Under the pieces are notes generated by a model, which saw only the letters and a list, made by a program, of their open reading frames with translations, was not told the origin of the DNA and made no database searches. Below, in pieces: positions 37,062 to 42,256 of a DNA stretch of 42,256 nucleotides. The number at the start of each line of letters is the position of its first letter. Position 1 is the stretch's first letter. The position numbers and the translations under genes are program-made. Origin of the DNA: a virus (taxonomy: Duplodnaviria; Caudoviricetes); IMG/VR virus record IMGVR_UViG_3300033565_000087, positions 1 through 42,256 of that record, one strand, 5' to 3'.

Positions 37062-38378
37062 TCAATTCTGAAACTTTATTGCTTTTTGTTTGGTGAGTTC
37101 TTCCCATCGTGTAACGATCACATCCACATACCTGGGATCTAGTTCCATGGCGTAACAGGTCCGTTCTAATTGATCTGCTGCTATGAGGGTTGAGCCGCTG
37201 CCGGCGAAGGGTTCATAGACAAGTTGGCCCTTTATGCTTGAATTCTTAATCAGCTTCCCAATGAGTGGAATGGGCTTCATTGTTGGATGCAGATCACTTT
37301 TGAGTGGCTTGTTTTCATAGAGAACTGTGGATTGCTGATCATCCATGATTCTCTTTAGGATCTCAACGAGTTCTTCTTTCTTCATCTTCTCGATGCTTTG
37401 AGTATCATCAAAAACGGTTGCCTGAGTCCGGTCATCCACGAAGTAGTGTCCTACCCCTTCTTTCCAGCCATACAAGATTGGCTCATGTCTCCAGTGATAA
37501 TCATGACGGCTGAGGTTGAAGGAGTTCTTCACCCAGATCAGATTCTCGGAGAACTTGAATCCTGCTTTCTGGAAGGCATATTCGAAGCTCAGGCGCTCTA
37601 CATCGCTGTGGAAGACATAGATGACTCCCCCGATCTTCAAGTGTGCGTAGGCATTGGTATACATGGCCAAGAGGAAGTGATAGAAGTTGTTACTGTCCAT
37701 GTGGTCATTGAGAATCTCATTGTACTTCCGTTGACCATTCTTGAACATTTTGTGGTAATCAATCTTGTTTTCATAATTCACGTTGTAGGGTGGATCGGTG
37801 ACGATCAAGTCGGCCAGTTTTCCTTGCATCAGCATCAGCACGTCATTGGGATCGGTACTATCGCCACACATCAACCGATGATCTCCCAACTGGTAGATGG
37901 TACCTCGTTTTGACTTCGGTTCTTCTATGGCTTCTAAAGCGCCTTCCACATCGAACTCATCATCGGTGGCGACACCGGTATCCATCTTGGCCATGAGCTC
38001 TTTGATCTCTTCATCATCGAAACCGGTCATCCCAACATCAATCTGGTTTTCTAGTTCTAGGAGAAGATCCTTGAGCTTATCCATCTGCCATTCACCGGAG
38101 ATCTTGTTGAGGGCGATGTTGAGAGCTTTCTCTTTGACCTTGTCGACATCCACGATGATGACATCGACTTCCTGGTAGCCCATATCTTTGAGCACTGTGG
38201 CTCTTTGGTGACCTCCGATGATCGTTAAGTCCTGGTTGACGATGATTGGATCTACATAACCAAATTCCTGGATGCTTCGTTTGATTTTCTCGTATTCCGG
38301 ATCCCCACTCTTCAGAGCTTTACGGGGATTATAATCTGCATATTTGAGGTCAGTAATGACCATTTTATTGAGTTGCAT
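37062..38378 (-). CDS. ParB-N + DNA methyltransferase (paralog of 1..1317)
   Basis: Same motifs; ~13 aa differences in 438 by manual count. Confidence 0.9.
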   Translation of the reverse strand: MQLNKMVITDLKYADYNPRKALKSGDPEYEKIKRSIQEFGYVDPIIVNQDLTIIGGHQRATVLKDMGYQEVDVIIVDVDKVKEKALNIALNKISGEWQMDKLKDLLLELENQIDVGMTGFDDEEIKELMAKMDTGVATDDEFDVEGALEAIEEPKSKRGTIYQLGDHRLMCGDSTDPNDVLMLMQGKLADLIVTDPPYNVNYENKIDYHKMFKNGQRKYNEILNDHMDSNNFYHFLLAMYTNAYAHLKIGGVIYVFHSDVERLSFEYAFQKAGFKFSENLIWVKNSFNLSRHDYHWRHEPILYGWKEGVGHYFVDDRTQATVFDDTQSIEKMKKEELVEILKRIMDDQQSTVLYENKPLKSDLHPTMKPIPLIGKLIKNSSIKGQLVYEPFAGSGSTLIAADQLERTCYAMELDPRYVDVIVTRWEELTKQKAIKFQN

Positions 38379-38388
38379 TGAGTTTCCT

Positions 38389-38682
38389 TTAGAACGGCTT
38401 AATCAATCTGAGGTAGGCAGCTTGGAGAGTGATCTCATTCACCAGCCGATTTCTCCAAGCATAATAGGTCGTCTTTTCAACATTGAGCAATTCGAAAATC
38501 TTTTGCTCTGGTAGCTTTTGAACATACTTTAGCTGCATGAGCTTACCAACTTCAGTTCCTTCATACTTCTTGAAAACCCCTTCAATGATGGTGGTCCATT
38601 TCTGATCATCTAGTTCTTTGGATTCCTTAATTTTCTGACGATTATACAAATAATTCTCAACACTCTCGCGATATTTATTCAT
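38389..38682 (-). CDS. ArpU/RinA-like activator
   Basis: Paralog of 1329..1622. Confidence 0.55.
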   Translation of the reverse strand: MNKYRESVENYLYNRQKIKESKELDDQKWTTIIEGVFKKYEGTEVGKLMQLKYVQKLPEQKIFELLNVEKTTYYAWRNRLVNEITLQAAYLRLIKPF

Positions 38683-39484
38683 ATTTTTCCCTTTCTCGCA
38701 TACGGATATTCATGTGATGATTTTGATTTAACTGAGTGCAATACCCCTTTGTCTTTTCAAATATCCTAGAGGTAATAGCTTCATCGATCAATAGTAGCTC
38801 TTTGATGACCTTCTCGCAACTGATGATAGTAATCAGGTCCTTGTCTTGGTACCTCGCATTGAGGATCTCGAAAGCAATGGTGATATCGGTGGTTGAAGGT
38901 GACTTTCCCTTCTCGGCTTTGAATAGATCATCGATATACAAGACTTCCTTTGTTTTGAAGGGTTCGATGACTTTCATGTACTCCTTCCCATCACCTACGA
39001 ACGATTTAAGTTTGACAACTTCTTCTCGCCAAAGCATATATAGCGCTTGTTTCCCTTGCTTCATCAGCTCATTGACGATTGCAGTACAGATGTGGGTCTT
39101 GCCGGCTCCGACTTGACCACCAATGAAGAACCAGTGAGCCTTATCACTCACAAAGGCTTGAGCCGATTCCTTGATGATCCTTTGCCACATTGCTTTCCCT
39201 TCAAAAGTCTCGAAGGTGTAGTCTTGGATCATCTTTTGCATTCCACTTAGTTGGACATTCACTTTGTTTTGACGCTGCTTTTGGCATTCGCAAGGCTTTA
39301 GAGTTTTATACCCTTCATCCAGGATCATGATGTAGCCCTTGTTTTTACAGATTCGACAATCTTTCCCTTTAAGATAACCTTCCTCTTCGTTATAGCGTTG
39401 GATTTGAACTTCTATACTTATACTTTGACTAGAAAGCTGCTGATTATTGAAAGGATTCGGCAAACTTTCTTGAATGGATTTCAT
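38675..39484 (-). CDS. DnaC/IstB-like helicase loader
   Basis: GQVGAGKTH, LYIDD; start after GAGG. Confidence 0.9.
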   Translation of the reverse strand: MKSIQESLPNPFNNQQLSSQSISIEVQIQRYNEEEGYLKGKDCRICKNKGYIMILDEGYKTLKPCECQKQRQNKVNVQLSGMQKMIQDYTFETFEGKAMWQRIIKESAQAFVSDKAHWFFIGGQVGAGKTHICTAIVNELMKQGKQALYMLWREEVVKLKSFVGDGKEYMKVIEPFKTKEVLYIDDLFKAEKGKSPSTTDITIAFEILNARYQDKDLITIISCEKVIKELLLIDEAITSRIFEKTKGYCTQLNQNHHMNIRMREREKYE

Positions 39485-39535
39485 CAGTTTTACCTCAATT
39501 TTTATTCTCGATCTCGATTTACTCAAGTGAACTTA

Positions 39536-39680
39536 AGTGACATGTTTATTCTTCTCTCAAGGGGGAGTAGTTCTTTAAGTTTTTCTTTAAGTATTATCTT
39601 TGTATTACTTCTATAACTTCTAAATCTTCTTATATATAGAGAGAAAAGTAGTGACAGGTATAGTGACAAACATAGTGACA
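39536..39680. repeat. Putative replication origin: iterons plus AT-rich tract
   Basis: TAGTGACA at 39649, 39661 and 39673 (12-bp period); AT-rich strand-biased flank. Confidence 0.6.
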
Positions 39681-39683
39681 TTT

Positions 39684-40085
39684 TCAAGAAGACTTGGCGA
39701 TTTTCTCTCTTATCCTTTTGGCTTTTTGGACATTGTTGTTATCTTCACGGATCTTAGCCATCTTCTTTGTGCTCTGGTATTTCTCCCAGTTTTTTATCCG
39801 AATGACCTTATCTTCGATGGTGATCATATCCTGTTGAAGGAATTCATTTAGGGCCTTTTTCATCAAGGCAACCGGATAGCCGAGATACATGGCCAAGACT
39901 TTTGCATCATAAGGAACTTCTCCTGCCACCATCAGACATCCATCCGCGTTGGATTCACCTCCAACAAGCAGAAGCAACACCCATATGTAGGCAATGGTTG
40001 ATCCTTGAGGTAAACTTTTGAGATACCTCATTTTTTTGTTATGGATGAGATCAAGATGAACCTTGATCCATTTTATTTTCTTCAA
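39684..40085 (-). CDS. Replisome organiser N-terminal domain protein (short)
   Basis: WIKVHLD...IWVLLL...PYDAKVLA...NWEKYQ. Confidence 0.8.
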   Translation of the reverse strand: MKKIKWIKVHLDLIHNKKMRYLKSLPQGSTIAYIWVLLLLVGGESNADGCLMVAGEVPYDAKVLAMYLGYPVALMKKALNEFLQQDMITIEDKVIRIKNWEKYQSTKKMAKIREDNNNVQKAKRIREKIAKSS

Positions 40086-40087
40086 GG

Positions 40088-40921
40088 TTATTCCCCTTTG
40101 ACTTTCTGTGACCTTAGCTTTTCGAGCTTGTCACGCTTTTCTTCAATAGAGGATCGGGTATAGATGCGAGTTGTCTCTAAGGAACTGTGCCCCAGGATAT
40201 CCGCGAGATCCAAGACATTGTTGTATTGAGCCATGAAGGACTTCGCAAATAGATGTCTGAAACTGTGAGGATGAACCTTGTCGAGATTAACCCTGGCAGC
40301 TCCGGCGATCGTCTTCATCTGTCTCCAGATCGTGGAATAACTGATGGTGAAGATCGGACCGGATTGGATCCGGTGATCTCGACAATATTTCCGAAGTTCT
40401 CGAGTCAGTTCCTGAGTTAGGATGATGTCTCTTTCTTTTCCTTTGTTCTTCACATTGAAGTGATAATTTTTCAAATTGGCTACAGTAAACCACTCGAGCT
40501 CATTAATACGGATCCCGGTGGTTAAAATGATTTTCATGATCAGGTAGAGATCGTTTCTACCCCTTTTTTTCGCAAATCGTAATAGTCGCTTCGCGTCAGT
40601 TTCAGTGACTACATTGGAGATGCTTGATTTTTGTTGCGTCTTAATCTGACGTACCCTAAGGTCGCCTTGACCGCACCACTTCAGAAAGGAATTGAGTATA
40701 GTGAGGTAGTTATTAATACTGGAGGTCTGGTACCCGCCTACGCAAAGGTGGTCCTTATACTCCAGAATATGTTCTTTCGTGATTTCCAGGTCATTTGGGA
40801 TGAAGTCAATGAACTTTTGGACATCTCTTGTGTATTTCGAGAGTGTCTTTTTACTTTTCTCATTGAGTCTTTGTTCCAAAATGAATTGGGACTGCTTATA
40901 CCGGTAATCTGCTTTAATCAT
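40088..40921 (-). CDS. Second tyrosine recombinase (paralog of 3366..4193)
   Basis: TGIRINE, HSFRH, LGHSSLETTRIY. Confidence 0.9.
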   Translation of the reverse strand: MIKADYRYKQSQFILEQRLNEKSKKTLSKYTRDVQKFIDFIPNDLEITKEHILEYKDHLCVGGYQTSSINNYLTILNSFLKWCGQGDLRVRQIKTQQKSSISNVVTETDAKRLLRFAKKRGRNDLYLIMKIILTTGIRINELEWFTVANLKNYHFNVKNKGKERDIILTQELTRELRKYCRDHRIQSGPIFTISYSTIWRQMKTIAGAARVNLDKVHPHSFRHLFAKSFMAQYNNVLDLADILGHSSLETTRIYTRSSIEEKRDKLEKLRSQKVKGE

Positions 40922-40989
40922 AATTCGGACTGCTGTGTTGATAAGGTGATTTCACCTGTCTTGTCAAATGAAATTGAGGTGTTGGGCCA

Positions 40990-41244
40990 TTAATTGGACA
41001 GTTCACCGGTCTCCTCACTCTGAGTTGGGTTTGTCTCTTTATATTGTTTCAAAGCGAAACTATAATTGAGTCCGAGGACCTTGAATACCAATTGTGACGG
41101 CACTTTGTTTGGCCGCAAGTTCATCGGATCATTCTCCAACTTCTTGCATTCATCAAACACTTTGGACACGTTATTCCATCGACAACCACCCATCAATTCT
41201 TTAATATCTGATTTGGTAGCATAGAGATTGAATAGGATCTTCAT
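40990..41244 (-). CDS. Small DNA-binding protein, possible excisionase
   Basis: Paralog of 4235..4489. Confidence 0.45.
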   Translation of the reverse strand: MKILFNLYATKSDIKELMGGCRWNNVSKVFDECKKLENDPMNLRPNKVPSQLVFKVLGLNYSFALKQYKETNPTQSEETGELSN

Positions 41245-41264
41245 AACGTCACATCCCTTCTAGT

Positions 41265-41465
41265 TTAGTCTTTGTAGAACACTTCTTCGATGCTGACACC
41301 ATAGTATTTGGCCAGCTTCACCTTTGCAGCATCACGTGGCATACGATAACCGCATTCATACGATTCAATGGCTCTAAAGGTGAGCCCGGATCCTACCGCT
41401 ACCTCCTCTCTGGTTCTGGATCCTCTTAATTCGATCAGCTTCTTCCCAACACTCTCACGACTCAT
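41265..41465 (-). CDS. Cro-like HTH repressor
   Basis: ATG at 41465 after GGAG; XRE HTH. Confidence 0.85.
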   Translation of the reverse strand: MSRESVGKKLIELRGSRTREEVAVGSGLTFRAIESYECGYRMPRDAAKVKLAKYYGVSIEEVFYKD

Positions 41466-41527
41466 ACCGCTTTCTCCTAACTCCCTCTGTGGGTTGCGCA
41501 ACTCGTTATCAAACGTTTCGCAAACAC

Positions 41528-41556
41528 ATTCTAAAAGAGTTCAGCTCTATTGTCAA
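41528..41556 (-). promoter_or_regulatory. Lytic (Cro) promoter
   Basis: TTGACA-17 nt-TAGAAT. Confidence 0.7.
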
Positions 41557-41576
41557 TGCGTTTTGTCATATTTCAC

Positions 41577-41605
41577 TTGCTTCATCACGTATCGTGTGAT
41601 ACAAT
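41577..41605 (+). promoter_or_regulatory. CI promoter with operator-like palindrome
   Basis: TTGCTT-17 nt-TACAAT with extended TG; CACG-TAT-CGTG in the spacer. Confidence 0.65.
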
Positions 41606-41623
41606 GGGTGATGAGGTGAACCT

Positions 41624-42256
41624 ATGGCTACTTTTAATGAGCGACTTAAGCAGTTAAGAAAGGCTTCTAACTTAACCCAAAGGCAACTTGCAGAGGATCT
41701 ACAGATTGGTGAGAGCTCAGTGAGTATGTATGAACAAGGGCTTCGTGAGCCTGACTATGAACTATTGGAACGCATTGTCGATTACTTCAATGTCGATCTG
41801 AATTTCCTTATGGGCCGAATCGATACCGGAACATTCACTCCGGTGAGCAGGATCGTTAGATCCAAGAAGATCCCGGTCTATGGAAAGATCCCAGCCGGTA
41901 CTCCGATTGAAGCGATTCTCAATGATCTGGGCGAGATTGATATTCCTGGGTGGTTGGCCAAACGAGACAACCTGTTTGGATTGATTGTTTCCGGAGACAG
42001 TATGAGTCGAATCGTTCCCGATGGATACATCGCAGTTTTAGAAAAAGCGAGCACACTTCAAAATGGGGACATCGGCGCGATCCTAGTCAATGGAAATGAC
42101 GCAACCTTGAAGAAATTCTTCAAGCTGACGGATTATGTCGTGCTCGAACCACTCAGCTACAATCCTGAACACTTACCAATGATGATCGGCAAGAATGAAC
42201 CAGAGGTTCAGATCTTGGGTAAGTTGGTTTGGGCTTGTGCAGCACACGAACTTTAA
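41624..42256 (+). CDS. CI/LexA-like repressor (HTH + S24)
   Basis: Paralog of 4893..5525; IPAG, GDSM, TLKK. Confidence 0.93.
   Translation: MATFNERLKQLRKASNLTQRQLAEDLQIGESSVSMYEQGLREPDYELLERIVDYFNVDLNFLMGRIDTGTFTPVSRIVRSKKIPVYGKIPAGTPIEAILNDLGEIDIPGWLAKRDNLFGLIVSGDSMSRIVPDGYIAVLEKASTLQNGDIGAILVNGNDATLKKFFKLTDYVVLEPLSYNPEHLPMMIGKNEPEVQILGKLVWACAAHEL

Larger units (their letters stand above)
7000..42256. mobile_element. Prophage 2 (siphovirus, HK97-type head), inferred extent including cargo; continues beyond right edge
   Basis: Phage genes 18706..42256 are clear; the left boundary is inferred from the attR-like site. Confidence 0.65.

Noticed and set aside
39658-39667. Iteron GTATAGTGAC resembles arm site GTATAGTCAC
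   Set aside because: Single copy with a mismatch in the conserved part and no att core nearby; probably chance
37062-42256. Repeat of 1..5525 as an assembly duplication or terminal redundancy
   Set aside because: The copies differ by many synonymous and amino-acid changes and in gene content, so they are two distinct prophages

Overview
Bacillota-type chromosomal window with two related temperate siphovirus prophages in the same orientation. Prophage 1 (1..~6864, cut off at left) shows only its early/lysogeny end: ParB-MTase, ArpU-like activator, DnaC-like loader, two replisome-organiser proteins, a second tyrosine recombinase, Xis-like ORF, Cro, CI and integrase. It is inserted at the 3' end of a tRNA-Gly(CCC) (6865..6938, - strand). 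Just upstream of that tRNA is a second copy of the tRNA 3' end with integrase arm repeats (7000..7131), which looks like the attR of prophage 2. If so, prophage 2 spans ~7000 to beyond 42256. It would then carry an AT-rich ~11.5 kb cargo: LacI + GH13 + sugar ABC transporter, a tRNA-Ser att relic, a PIN nuclease, IS256, and an SPPY DNA methyltransferase paired with a DHH-like protein. The lysis, tail, HK97-type head, packaging and paralogous early modules follow. Best candidates for novelty are the MTase + DHH-like pair, the double att junction with metabolic cargo, a tail-fibre motif split between two proteins, and a conserved second recombinase. All family assignments come from motif recognition only; no searches were run.
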